Origin: Octopus vulgaris | Lineage: Eukaryota | NCBI GenBank assembly: GCA_951406725.2 | Contig: OX597827.1 | Location: forward strand, 63,984,001-64,048,000 | Length of the DNA: 64,000 nt | Direction of reading: 5' to 3' | Part shown: one piece after another, positions 17,411-31,312 of the stretch | Numbering within the stretch: position 1 is the first letter of the stretch | Layout of the letters: each line of letters starts with the position of its first letter | Made by a program: the position numbers and the translations under genes | The notes under the pieces: model-generated | The model's input: only the letters and a program-made list of their open reading frames with translations | Database searches by the model: none | What the model was told of the DNA's origin: nothing

Positions 17411-17489
17411 GTCATTGTTGTTGTTAAGGTAGTGAGCTGGCAGAATCGTTAGCACACCCGGCGAGATGTTAAGTGGTATTTCGTCTGCG

Positions 17490-17945
17490 TTGAACAGTGC
17501 AGGACCTTGCAGGTGGGGCCCAGTTAGAATTTCTTGAGGTTGAGTAGCCTATCCCGCTCAAAAGCTCTCCCAATAAAGTTTGTTTAAGGATGTTTCCAGA
17601 GGTGACTTATTTAAACTCCAAAGAATTCCCTTCAACACATGGCTATGATGCTCCTCCACTACTTCTGCACGTGATCAGAGATGCACATATCGTCAGCCAC
17701 TAAGGGATATGGTCAACTGGTTAAGGTCAATCAACTGACACGCATATCTGTGGTATTAAGCAGAATATTTTCTATATCCCATCTTTTATACCAAGACAAA
17801 ACAATAATAACACTCCCAATCAGTTTCGTTCAAAAGCCATGAGAGCCACCGCCTGGTACTGCATCAGGGCATTTTTCACGCTGTGAAAGTCATTTAAGAT
17901 CAGAAACGATTAGAGCCATTGCCTGGTATTACATCAGGGCATTTA
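17490..17945. mobile_element. Non-coding interspersed repeat family D (associated with (ATT)n)
   Basis: Matches 18064-18518, 45128-45688, 57195-57460, 57870-58308. Confidence 0.75.
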
Positions 17946-18023
17946 TTATTACTATTATTATCATTATTATTATTATTATTATCATTATTATTATTATTAT
18001 CATTATTATTATTATTATTATTA

Positions 18024-18059
<36 letters not shown>

Positions 18060-18067
<8 letters not shown>

Positions 18068-18616
18068 GTGAGAGAACCGTCTTATAAGGGTACACTAGGC
18101 ATATGCATCACAACCATATGTGCGCGACACGGTGATCTCATATCAAGATAAACAGCGCATGATCTTGCAGGTGGGGCCCAGTTAAAATTTTCTTCTGGTC
18201 GAGTAGGCCTTCCCGCTCAAAAGGTCCCTGAATAAGGATTGTTTAAGGATGTTGAACGAAACACCCATGTTTCCAGAGGTGAATTATTCAAACACCAAAG
18301 AATCGCTCTCAACACATGGCTATGATGCTCCCCCACTACTTCTGCTCGTGATCAGAGATGCACATATCGTCAGCCACTAAGGGACATGCCCAACTGGTTA
18401 CGGTCAAACAACTGACAAGCAAATCTGTGGTATTGAGCAGAATATTTGCTGTAGCCCATCTTTTATACCAAGACAAAACAATGTACATGATAACACTTCC
18501 AATCAGTTAAGATCAGAAGTATGACTGGGCCTTCAGGAAGGCAATGAATGTCAATTTGTTGGGTCAGAATTCTAGAGATCACTCCCTCCTTAGTTTCGCT
18601 TGAATTGCAGCCACGC

Positions 18617-18654
<38 letters not shown>

Positions 18655-19280
18655 GCGTGGCTGATAGTTTGATAAGTACTTAATATTAATGACTCTAACC
18701 CACTTATTCCAAGGTAGTTTCTTTGAAGCTTGCAATTCAAGCGAAACTAAGGAGGGAGTGATCTCTAGAATTCTGACCCAACAAATTGACATTCATTGCC
18801 TTCCTGAAGGCCCAGTCATACTTCTGATCTTAACTGATTGGAAGTGTTATCATGTACATTGTTTTGTCTTGGTATAAAAGATGGGCTACAGCAAATATTC
18901 TGCTCAATACCACAGATTTGCTTGTCAGTTGTTTGACCATAACCAGTTGGGCATGTCCCTTAGTGGCTGACGATATGTGCATCTCTGATCACGAGCAGAA
19001 GTAGTGGGGGAGCATCATAGCCATGTGTTGAGAGCGATTCTTTGGTGTTTGAATAATTCACCTCTGGAAACATGGGTGTTTCGTTCAACATCCTTAAACA
19101 ATCCTTATTCAGGGACCTTTTGAGCGGGAAGGCCTACTCGACCAGAAGAAAATTTTAACTGGGCCCCACCTGCAAGATCATGCGCTGTTTATCTTGATAT
19201 GAGATCACCGTGTCGCGCACATATGGTTGTGATGCATATGCCTAGTGTACCCTTATAAGACGGTTCTCTCACTATAATAA
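18060..19280. repeat. Large near-perfect inverted duplication (~550-bp arms) around a (TA)n-centred inner palindrome
   Basis: 18060-18609 is the reverse complement of 18731-19280 (one mismatch seen); inner CAGCCACGCCTG(TA)nCAGGCGTGGCTG at 18608-18663. Confidence 0.92.
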
Positions 19281-19284
19281 AAAC

Positions 19285-19348
19285 GACTTAATCCGTTTGT
19301 CTGTCCTTGTTTGTCTCCTGTGTTTAGCCCGTTGTGGGTAGTAAAGAA

Positions 19349-19388
<40 letters not shown>

Positions 19389-19713
19389 ATGTTACATTAC
19401 CGAGTAATGTAACATATTGTATAGATAAATTTCCTCTATTTACATAATATTGAGGTCTCTTTCTTTCTTTTGTTATCTTACCGTTTTATCAATATATATA
19501 TATATATATATTGATAAAACGGTAAGATAACAAAAGAAAGAAAGAGACCTCAATATTATGTAAATAGAGGAAATTTATCTATACAATATGTTACATTACT
19601 CGGTAATGTAACATATTGTATATATATATATATATATATATTATATTTCTTTACTACCCACAACGGGCTAAACACAGAGGAGACAAACAAGGACAGACAA
19701 ACGGATTAAGTCG
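19285..19713. repeat. Palindrome (~205-bp arms) centred on (TA)n, with nested small palindromes
   Basis: Mirror about 19492-19510; each arm holds a SINE piece, a TA tract and TATACAATATGTTACATTAC-NNN-GTAATGTAACATATTGTATA. Confidence 0.92.
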
Positions 19714-19875
19714 ATTACATCGACCCCAGTGCGTAACTGGTGCTTAATTTATCGACCCCGGAAGGATGAAAGGCAAAGTCGACCTCGGCGGAATTTGAAC
19801 TCGGGACGTAACAGCAGACGAAATACGGCAACGCATTTCGCCCGGCGTGCTAACGTTTCTGCCAGCTCGCCGCCT
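19645..19875 (-). mobile_element. SINE family C (central GCCTTTCATCCTTTCGGGGTCGAT domain, MetaSINE-like)
   Basis: Homologous copies at 26480, 27725, 33225, 35105, 37640, 43270, 57620. Confidence 0.75.
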
Positions 19876-20212
<337 letters not shown>

Positions 20213-20213
20213 G

Positions 20214-20246
<33 letters not shown>

Positions 20247-20299
20247 GTATGTATATATATATATGTATATATATGTATGTATATATATATATATGTATA

Positions 20300-20362
<63 letters not shown>

Positions 20363-20371
20363 GTGTGTATA

Positions 20372-20760
20372 CTAGCAGTATTACCCGGTGTTGCTCGGGT
20401 TTGTTTCGACCCTTTAGAATTGGAATTTTTGAAAAGTAAAAATTTTGCATTATGCAACTTGTTATTCTCTTCAAGTGAACATTTTTCCAGTTGAAATACA
20501 CCGCAAAATGGTGACGCAACAGTCAAAAATCGTAAAAAATAGGGATTTTCATAGAAAAAAAGCAACTTTTTGATGTAAATAATTTTTGGTGTTAACATGG
20601 TCCGATTTGAATTTTATCTTCTACAGAATGACTAGCAAGCCTTCCTCTATCATACTCTCAATTTTGGTCAACTTGCGCTGCAGGGTCTCGAAGGAGATAG
20701 TGTTAGTTGAAGGCTACCAAACCTGCCACACACAGACAACTTCAGCTTTATATATATAGA
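20372..20760 (-). mobile_element. Non-autonomous Helitron, second copy
   Basis: Colinear with 10089-10470; same TC...hairpin-CTAG termini. Confidence 0.75.
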
Positions 20761-21620
20761 TTTGCTACACACTACTTTCCATCTTTAATAATGAAACTTG
20801 GTAGATCCAAACGTTAAGCACACAGACACACACACAGATACACACACAAACACATAAGTTGAGTAATATATATATAGATTTCTCAACGGGGATTTCAGGG
20901 GAGAGTTTCAGGGAGTCGCTGGCGATGTATCGTGATGATCAAAAATCCGGCCTGCTAAAATTTGGTTAAAGTAATTCAAACTGCAAACTCAACGCAAAAT
21001 GATCAAAATTGCCGGAATATTAAATACATAAAACACTATGTGGCTGTGTGGCAAGAAGCTTGCTTCCCAATCACATGGTTTCGGGTTCAGTCCCAATAGG
21101 TGGTAGCTTGTGCAAGTGTCTTTTATGATAGCCTCAAGCCAACCAAAGACTTGTGAGGGATTTGGAAGATAGAAACAGAAAGAATCTCGCCGCATATATG
21201 TGTGTGCGTGTGTGTGTGTGTGTGTGTTTGTCTTCAACCATCGCTTGACCGCTGGTGTTGATGTGTTTACGTCCCCGTAACAAATGAAAACCGTGCTGTG
21301 TTCGATTCATTCGATTAAAAGTCTCCGAGGCGGTGCCCCAGCTTGACCGTAATCTAATGATTGAAACAAGCAAAATATATATTACACTGCATCAGTATCA
21401 TTTCAGTAATACCTGTAAGTGGATACTCCCCGGGTAGTAACGCAAAGAGCCTGCTAAATCAGACCATATTTCACAGAATATATACTTCACGTTAATTCTA
21501 CCATAATCAATTCATTAATGTTATATAGTAAAAAGAGAAAAAAACCCCGTCATTACATGGGTAACCACATTTAAAGCAGTGTGAGTGAATTTGGTAAACG
21601 GAAACTGAAAGAATCCAGTC

Positions 21621-21662
<42 letters not shown>

Positions 21663-21668
<6 letters not shown>

Positions 21669-22587
21669 CTGAGTAAAATGTAATCAACATTTTGAAACAT
21701 TCATCACAATATATTTCAACAATGCGGAAATTTTATTCATCAAAGGAAGTACCATTAAAAATGCCCCCTTTTCAAGCCTAGCCAGGCTCATGGGCCCGGT
21801 TTCCTGGTTTCTATGACGTAAGTGCCCCCCCCCCCAGCTGGACGGGACGCCAGTCCATCGTAGCGTTACTCAAGAAACAGGAAGAGAGGGTGAGAGAAAG
21901 TTGTGGCGAAAAAGTACAACAGGGGTCGCTACCACCCCCTGTCAGAACCTCGTGGAGCTTTTAGGTGTTTTCGCTCAATAAACACACACAACGCTCGGTC
22001 TGGGAATCGAAACCGCGATCATCCGATCGCGAGTCCGCTGAAGTACCATTACAATCAGCATATTTTTGCCAACGAGTTAAAGTTTGTTTATTCCGGTAAC
22101 ATAAAAATCTGGAGTTCTGGAACTGATGAACTCTTTGAACACACTTTCAGCCTTTTTATTTATTTTTGAATTTCTTCTCTCGCAGGAAACTATCGAGATA
22201 CTTGAAAATGTGGTAGTCGGTAGGAGAAAGGTCTGGGGAATAAGCTGGTGGGGAAGAACTTCATGGTTCTCTCAACTTCTGAAGTGGTCGAGCATTGTCA
22301 TGAAGAATGATTGGCCCTTTTTTGTTGACCAGTCTGAGAAGCAGGAGTAGCATTTTGGCAATTTCATGATGATATGTTTCTGCAATAATAGTTTTTCCGA
22401 GTTTTAAGAAGTTATAGTGGATGAGTCCAGCAGTACACCACAAAACAGTCATTTTCTTTTTGAAGAGCTCAGGTTCAGGGAAGGTTTTGAGTGCTTCATT
22501 TTAGTCCAACCACTGCAAAGAATGTTTTTATTATTGTACAGAATCCACTCTTCATCACAAATTATAAGGCTGAGTAAAATGTAATCA
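21663..22587 (-). mobile_element. Decayed mariner fragment interrupted by a family-B SINE
   Basis: Minus-strand CDEEWILYNN, LVNKKGPIILHDNARP; SINE at ~21770-22039 flanked by duplicated GAAGTACCATTA. Confidence 0.8.
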
Positions 22588-22611
22588 TATACACATATAC
22601 ATACTAATATC

Positions 22612-22894
22612 ACGTGATCACGAGACCGACCAGACGTTGCTACACATCGCTGGTCACAATGCGTTCGCATTGTTTTAGCCTTCGAATGACGCCATCCCGC
22701 TGGCTAAGCGAGCAGGCCAACAGAAGAAAGAGTGAGAGAAAGAGTGGTGAAAGAGTACAGCAGGGATCACCACCCCCTGCCGGAGCCTCAGGGAGCTTTT
22801 TTAGGTGTTTTCACTCAATAAACACTCACAACGCCCGGTCTGGGAATCGAAACCGCGAGTCCGCTGCCCTAACCACTGGGCCGTTGCGCCTCTA
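22612..22894 (-). mobile_element. tRNA-derived SINE, family B, near full length
   Basis: Same head as 17240-17410; body matches 4062-4168 and 8742-8844. Confidence 0.82.
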
Positions 22895-23038
22895 CATACT
22901 AATATACTTACGTAAAAATGTACATACATGCATACATGTTCTTATCCTCACTGATATTCGTTGTCAACACGAAATTTAAAAGCACGTTAAAATGAATCTG
23001 AAATTTAGTTGCTTAATTTTATGCCATTTTGTTTTGTA

Positions 23039-24325
23039 ATGTTAGGTTGTTTCATATGAAGTGTCGCATTTTTAATTACTTCAGTTATTAATTTATTTCA
23101 GTTATTTGAAAACTCAATTACGTATACCTTGCATTCAATCTTGACTCTTTTTCTTTCCCAACAATATTGGTATACAAAATTCGTACCCACAGGAAAATGA
23201 TAACAACCAAACTATGTTGAGTGATTTTCTCGTAAGGGTACAAACTGAGTCACTCTGCCGCAGAAGCCTCAATGGAATATCAAGCAGGCCTTTGGTAATG
23301 GTTTTGTTGACATCAGATCTGTTCAGAGGTGGTTCCAAAGCTCTCCTTCAGGAGATGATAGCCTTGAAAATAAACCAAGGGGTAGGCCAAAATCAGTTAT
23401 TCGGCATGGTGGATTAGATGCTTTGCTTGAACAAAATCCAAGAACAAAGGTTCGAAAACTTTCATCAGAACTCCAAACATCTCGCACAACTGTTTTCGGA
23501 CACCTGTAAAACATTGGAAACGTAAAAAAAAAAACAAAAAAAAAAACGGTTAGGTTTGTTCCGCATCAACTGAAGAAGATTAAAAACAAAAAAAAAAAGA
23601 CAGATGCCTCGAAGTGTGCTCCTTATTGCTTTCTCTACTGGAAAAAGACCATTTTTGCATCAAATCATTACTTGTGATGAGAAATGGGTACTCTTTGACA
23701 ACTGCAGGAGAACAGGACAGTGATTTGATGCAAAAGGGTCACCAAAACAATACACAAACCCACCATTGCACCCTAAAATGTTAGTGGTCACTGTATGGTG
23801 GTCTGCGAAGGGAGTTATTCATTATTCATTTTTGCAACAAGGAAAAACGGTAACAGCAACATCGTATTGCCAGGAAATTGATTGTATGCATGAGAATTTG
23901 AAAAAGAAGCAATCAAGACTAGTGAATAGAGATGGTCCACTTTTGCTCAACGGCAAAGCACGTCCCCACACTCCTCAAGCTACGGTATAAAAGTTGCAAA
24001 ACTCGAATTATAAGATCTTGCAACATCCTCTTTATTCCTCTAATAACTCTCCTACTGATTATCACTTATTTAAGCATTATGAGCTTTTCATGAGTAATAA
24101 AACATTCTTAAGTAGAGAAGAGGTAATTGAAGCATTCGGACAGTTTATCACGGCAAAAGATGAATTTTTTTTTAAAGATGGAATATGTGACATAGAGAAA
24201 CATTGGGTAAACATCATAAATGAACATGGATCATACTTTGATTAAATAAATCAGTTCTCTAATACTTATGAAACGCTTTATTGTTACTTTTCAAATATGA
24301 CATTTCATGTGAAACAACCAAACAG
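23039..24325 (+). mobile_element. Full-length decayed mariner transposon
   Basis: Imperfect ~30-bp TIRs (GTTAGGTTGTTTCATATGAAGTGTC / GACATTTCATGTGAAACAACCAAAC), TA flanks; VPHQL, TCDEKW, VTVWWS, ARPH, SPTDYHLF motifs with stops and frameshifts. Confidence 0.9.
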
Positions 24326-24371
24326 TATAATAAATCTTAGAGCGAGTTATAAACAGTAGCTGCAACACATC

Positions 24372-24903
24372 GTGACGTATATTTGCCATTTAAATATGGC
24401 TAACCCCTAAGGGTGGATGCTACTGTAGTTTGTATCCCCAGGAGGACACCTCCTCCAGTTGGCTATAGACACACTTTCTGTGCCCTATCAGTATTTGCAA
24501 AGGAAGCCATCCTTCCCGTCTTCAACTTATGATACACATGGACTCGAGTTTCTGGGTATTGACCCGTCATCGGCGTGTGACAATCACAGTTGTCGATGAA
24601 AAGTAGGTTCCCTTCACAAATACATATCCTTTTTCCAGTATAAAGGATATATATTTGTGAAGGGAACCTACTTTTCATCGACAATTGTGATTGTCACACG
24701 CCGATGACGGGTCAATACTCAGAAACTCGAGTCCGTGTGTATCGTAAGTTGAAGAAGGGAAGGATGGCTTCCCTTTGCAAATACTGATAGGGCACAGAAA
24801 GTGTGTCTATAGCCAGCTGGAGAAGGTGTCCTCCTGGGGCTACAAACTACAGTAGCATCCACCCTTAGGGGTTAGCCATATTTAAATGGCAAATATACGT
24901 CAC
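24372..24903. mobile_element. Fold-back element (~260-bp arms, ~10-nt loop)
   Basis: GTGACGTATATTTGCC... mirrored as ...GGCAAATATACGTCAC; roughly ten mismatches between arms. Confidence 0.85.
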
Positions 24904-25195
24904 AACCTAACAGTATGTTAAATATAAACTGCAAAGCTTCTTTTTATTTTAAAGATTAGTACATTTCGCCACGAACAATCTCAAGAAAAATTGAGTTGAT
25001 GTTTTCTTTCTCCGATTTGCACGGATCAACAGTCTCTTTATCTGTCTTGTTCCACACACAAAGTGTGCTATAAATACCCAGGCAGTGACTCAGAGAGAAA
25101 AGTGGAACAATTCACCGATCAGTTCACATGAACCCACACGGTGAGCGTCCTTTATAGTTTAATTTGTAAGAATGTATATGTATGAGACAATATGT

Positions 25196-25240
<45 letters not shown>

Positions 25241-25419
25241 TTCCAGGATTCGGGAGAACCAGCTTTTTGAATAGTGAATTGGGAATTGTTAATTCTCGCT
25301 TGTATGCACCTAAAGAAAAATGGATTCTCTTTTGCTTGATGCAACACATAAATACAAAAACACGTCTGAAACAGCTGTAGTGAACTACAATTCATCTGTT
25401 ATTGTTGCTATTATTATTA

Positions 25420-25785
25420 TTATTATTATTCTATGTTTGACTTTTGCTTTATATTTGTATAAGTTGGCTCCAAGTCTCACCCAGAGACCTCAAGAGACAA
25501 CAGGTTGGAAGTTCATGTTGTTGTTGTGTGCCAAATATTTGTTTTTGTTTTTTTGGTGTTGTACTAGTGAATGTCCCCAAAAAAAAAAAACGAATTATGT
25601 TTGTTTTAAACCCTGAGATTACATAGAAAGTATTTTGCGTAGGATATGAGCAGTTCCCATGAGCACTATCTTTTGAATTTCTGCCATTTGTGGGTTTCCT
25701 GGTATCTGAGTTAGGTAGCAATCAGCCCCTTTCGCTATCATTCCCAGGGCACCTATGACAACAGGTATTATTTTAGTTTTCCTTT
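25420..25785 (-). mobile_element. 3' end of R4/Dong-type LINE
   Basis: Reverse-complement match to 56065-56420; bounded by (ATT)n. Confidence 0.8.
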
Positions 25786-25814
25786 ATTATTATTATTATT
25801 TTTTTTTTTTTAAA

Positions 25815-25894
<80 letters not shown>

Positions 25895-26365
25895 GCCTTT
25901 GCACAGCTTCTAACGCTAGAGATGTACTACAGTGTCAGCTGTTCACTACCAGTGAACTCAGGTAATGCCTCTTATTTTTCTAGCTCCTTCCGGAGTATTC
26001 GAGCGGTTCCAAGCAGTGCTGTTTTCTGCAAGTGCTCCGCGCTTATTGCAGCCCTTATTTGTTCCATGTACTTCTCGAGATTTTTGCTCACTGTTCCTAG
26101 GGTTCCGACAATTTTTGGTACCACTACCACTTTTTCATCGACCACAACTGCTTTACCTCCCAAGCTAACCTGTCATATCTATCGACTGTTCTTTCTTCCT
26201 TATCGCATACCTTGTTGTCAGTTGGGCATGCTATATCCATGATCCAGCATTGTTTGTTTTCTTTCTCAATTAAGACTATGTCTGGCTTCCTATTCTCTAT
26301 CTCATGGCCGCACTGAATCATAAAATCCCACAGGATCTTTGCATTATCATTTTCGAGGATGCCAT
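25895..26365 (-). mobile_element. 3' fragment of RLE-type (R4/Dong) LINE
   Basis: KILWDFMIQC, NRKPDIVL, MDIACP, LQKTALLGTARILR; abuts (ATT)n. Confidence 0.82.
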
Positions 26366-27498
26366 GTAGTTGAGAGACAATCTTCTTACTACACAGTCCA
26401 CAGCCACACCTACACGTGTATACATATACACATACATACATAAGTGCACGCACACTCACACACACGTACACACATATATATTTCTTTACTGCCCACAAGG
26501 GGCTAAACATAGAGGGGACAAACAAGGACAAACGAAGGGATTGAGTCGATTATATCGCCCCCAGTGCGAAACTGGTACTTTATTTATCGACCCCGAAAGG
26601 ATGAAAGGCAAAGTTAACCTCGGCGGAATTTGAACTCAGAACGTAACGACAGACGAAATACCGCTAAGCATTTCGTCCGGCGCGCTAACGTGTCTGCCAG
26701 CTCACCGCCTTCACGTACACACATATAGACACACACACACACATTGTAAAATTGATAAGAGTATTGTGAACTTGACGTTGAGTTTTGAAAATTTAACATT
26801 TCGGGAAAAGTCATTCTTCAGGGGAAAAGATAACACAAGAAATTAATGGGTGTCGGGAAAGTTAGAAGGAGTGGCTGCAACTGATAAGGAACGCTGGACA
26901 AATGATTGAACAAGAAGTCGTAGAAGAGAGAAACAGATTGGGAAATATAGAAGGGAAAAGAAATAAATGAGAAAAAAGAAGAAAGCGAAGAGTGAGATGA
27001 AGAGAAAAGCATGAGTTAGGAGGGGAGGTAAATGATAAGGGTTTAATGAAGTGGAGAGTGGAGATGTAGGAGAAATCTGTCGCTGACATGGTGCAAAGTT
27101 CGAATGTGTAATATTGTTTCTTCTGTCCTTTTTGAATGTTTGATCACACACACGCACACACACACATACGCACACACACAAATACGCGCGCACACACACA
27201 AATACGCACACACACACAAATACGCACACACACAAATACGCACACACACACAAATACGCACGCACACACAAATAAGCACACACTCACACACACTCATGCA
27301 CACATTCACACACACACAAATACGCACACTCAAATAAGCACACACACTTACACACACACACAAATAAGCACACACTCACACACACACATACAAATAAGCA
27401 CACGCAAACACATACACACTCACACCGACTCATAGACACATTCAAACACACACACACTCAAAGACACACACACAAACACGCACGCGCGCATGCACGCA

Positions 27499-27535
<37 letters not shown>

Positions 27536-28019
27536 ACACACATGTATCAATATCAACTTTTGAATTATAAGCCGCTCTGACAGATACATAGTGTCTGTGA
27601 GTTGTTAATACGCCCATTAGCTGTGAGATAACTTCCTGGGAAACGTCCCTTCACGACGCTAGTGTTAACAGACACTGAATGTCTCAGAACAAGCGAGACA
27701 ACTCACCCCACATCTGAACAAGACCGATACTTTTTTTTCTATTGATACCGAAAGATGAAAGGTAAATTTGACCTCGCTGGAATTTGAACTCAGAGCGTAA
27801 AAAGATGGACAAATTTCTGCTATTTCGTCGAGAGGGCTAACGATTCTGCCATCTCACCCGCTTTAGGTCTGAAAAGGGGACAGGAGATCGATCTTTCGGC
27901 TATAAAAAGCTTGCGTATCTTCGAGCCATTAGCTTAAGGCGTGGATTTTTCCTATGATGTCCCACTTGATGGAGTGTAGTGTATTGCTAGCCTTCATGTT
28001 CCAAATATGACTTGCTAGC

Positions 28020-28397
28020 ACTCTTTACTCTTTTACTCTTTTACTTGTTTCAGTCCTTTGACTGCGGCCATGCTGGAGCACCGCCTTTAGTCGAGCGACT
28101 CGACCCCGGGACTTATTCTTTTTTTGTAAGCCCAGTACTTATGCTATCGGTCTCTTTTGCCGAACCGCTAAGTAACGGGGACATAAACACACCAGCATCG
28201 GTTGTCAAGCAATGCTAGGGGGACAAACACAGACACACAAACAAACACACATACATATATATACACATATATACGACAGGCTTCTTTCAGTTTCCGTCTA
28301 CCAAATCCACTCACAAGGCATTGGTCGGCCCGGGGCTATAGCAGAAGACACTTGCCCAAGATGCCACGCAGTGGGACTGAACCCGGAACCATGTGGA
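28020..28397 (-). mobile_element. SINE family A
   Basis: Matches 9620-10010. Confidence 0.85.
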
Positions 28398-28784
28398 TTT
28401 CTTTTTTTTTTTTTTATCCCCATGTCAGAAAAAAGACTTGTAACTAGCATATCTTTTTTTAAAAGTCCCCTTCGCATATACCAATGTACTTTTTTCCGTT
28501 GACTTTTATCATTTTTGTAGAACTGAGGTGACTTCAGCTCGTAAACTACCGAGCGAACCATGTATGCTTGATAAAGTGGGCAAGTTTCTGGGTGTATGCA
28601 GTTACAATTTGAAAGTAAGCTTGGAAACGCATGGCCGCAATCGAAATGATTCAAACAAGTAAAAGGTAAGAAAAAATGTAGTATCACTGGTGGGATATTA
28701 CCTGAGTCAAAGAAAATACTTTACTAATATCATATGAAAGACATGACAATTGTCATATGAGAGATATTACCTTTATAGATGGAT

Positions 28785-29243
<459 letters not shown>

Positions 29244-29260
29244 TTTAAAACATGAAAACA

Positions 29261-29609
29261 AGAAAATGGATTTCACGGGACTTTTTAGTATTCGCTATGA
29301 TTGTTTCAACTCCTCGTGCACCGGTGCTGCGCAAGTGCACGATGAGTACAAACAGTTGTGGTGCATCCTAGGCGCAGCTCTTCATATAAATGAGTAGTAC
29401 ACCACTACTTCCACGATATATTCTAATGGAGGAAATAAGCGAGATGGTGATTAGAAACGAGGTACCTTTTGACAAGTCACGTGACAAGAAACATCTGCGC
29501 CTATTATACACCACAGTTGTTTGTACAGCATTTTATGTATGAACCACTGGTGCAGGATGGGTGGAAACGATCGTAGTGAATACTAAAGAGTCATGTGAGT
29601 TCCATTTTC
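29261..29609. mobile_element. Old MITE with degenerate ~120-bp inverted arms
   Basis: AGAAAATGGA...TTTAGTATTCGCTATGATTGTTTC...GTACAAACAGTTGTGGTG...TAGGCGCAG mirrored at 29489-29609. Confidence 0.7.
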
Positions 29610-29744
29610 TTTCTCTCGTATTTTTTTTTATTAAACTCTACAAGCACGAAGGAGTTTCTGCTATAAATCCAGTGGCAAACACATTCATACCGTTGACACC
29701 AGATACCAGAATACCGCGAACAAGCTTTAAACGGCAACTAGATC

Positions 29745-30050
29745 ATCATCATTCATCATTGTTCGACCGTGGTCGAGACAATGGAATTTACTATGTTACG
29801 CCAGACTTCACGGTCCATCATAGCATTACGGAGGTCCTGTTGCTGGATGCCTGTATCCCTGGAGATTACATCAGGGTAGGAGAGTGTGCGCCCTCTGGTA
29901 TTGCGAGTAGATGGCTTCCAGAGGAGAAGAGTAGAAATTACTTCTTTTTCAGCTCTACAACAATGTCCAGCAAACTGGACTCTCCTACCTTTCACAAGAG
30001 ATGACACAGGTGGTAATTTCCCATATATTTGCATTTTGGTTGGATGCAAC
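29745..30050 (-). mobile_element. RTE-type LINE 3' fragment
   Basis: RRVQFAGHCCR...LLLWKP...RGR...AMMDREVWR; short (TGA)n-like tail. Confidence 0.8.
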
Positions 30051-30164
30051 TAGAAGGTGTATACCAGAATACAAAATTATTTGATACATATATACGATCC
30101 TACCTACCTACCTACATACCGGCATACGTACATACATACATACATTGTTTGTTCCTTCTCGAGT

Positions 30165-30450
30165 CACGACTGGCTCATAGGGCCGGTTTCCTGGTTTCCA
30201 TTGTGTATAGGTTTCCCCACCTGGATGGAACGCTGGTCCGTCGTAGGTGAGCTGCAAGATGCAGGAGGAAAGTGTGAGAGAAAGTTGTGGCGAAAGAGTC
30301 AGCAGAAGTTCGCCATTACCTTCTGTCGGAACCGCGTGGATCTTAGGTGTTTCGTTCATAAACACACACACATCGCCCGGTCTAAGACTCGAACCCGCGA
30401 TCCCTCGACCGCGAGTCCGCTGCTCTAACCACTAGGCCATGTACCTCCAC
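30165..30450 (-). mobile_element. SINE family B variant
   Basis: Head TGGCCTAGTGGTTAGAGCAGCGGACTCGCG...GGTTCGAGTC; body like 21775-22040. Confidence 0.8.
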
Positions 30451-31312
30451 ACATACATACATACATACATGCGTACATACATATATGCATGCATACATAT
30501 ATACATACATGAATACATACATACATATATACAAACATGCACGATGTATACATACACACAATATACATACATACATACATACATACATACATACATACAT
30601 ACATACATACATACATACATACATACACACAATATACATACATACATACATACATACATACATACATACATACACACAATATACATACATACATACATAC
30701 ATACATACATACATACATACATACACACAATATACATACATACATACATACATACATACATACATACACACAATATACATACATACATACATACATACAT
30801 ACATACATACATACATACATACATACACACAATATACATACATACATACATACATACATACATACATACACACAATATACATACATACATACATACATAC
30901 ATACATACATACATACATACACACAATATACATACATACATACATACATACATACATACATACATACATACATACATACATACACACAATATACATACAT
31001 ACATACATACATACATACATACATACACACAATATACATACATACATACATACATACATACATACACACAATATACATACACACAATATACATACATACA
31101 TACATACATACATACATACACACAATATACATACATACATACATACATACATACATACATACACACAATATACATACATACATACATACATACATACATA
31201 CATACATACATACACACAATATACATACATACATACATACATACATACATACATACATACATACATACATACATACATACATACATACACACAATATACA
31301 TACATACATACA
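30450..31312. repeat. (CATA)n periodically punctuated by CACAATA
   Basis: Higher-order microsatellite, direct inspection. Confidence 0.9.

Noticed and set aside
18463-18877. Two ORFs with identical C-termini on opposite strands
   Set aside because: By-product of the inverted duplication
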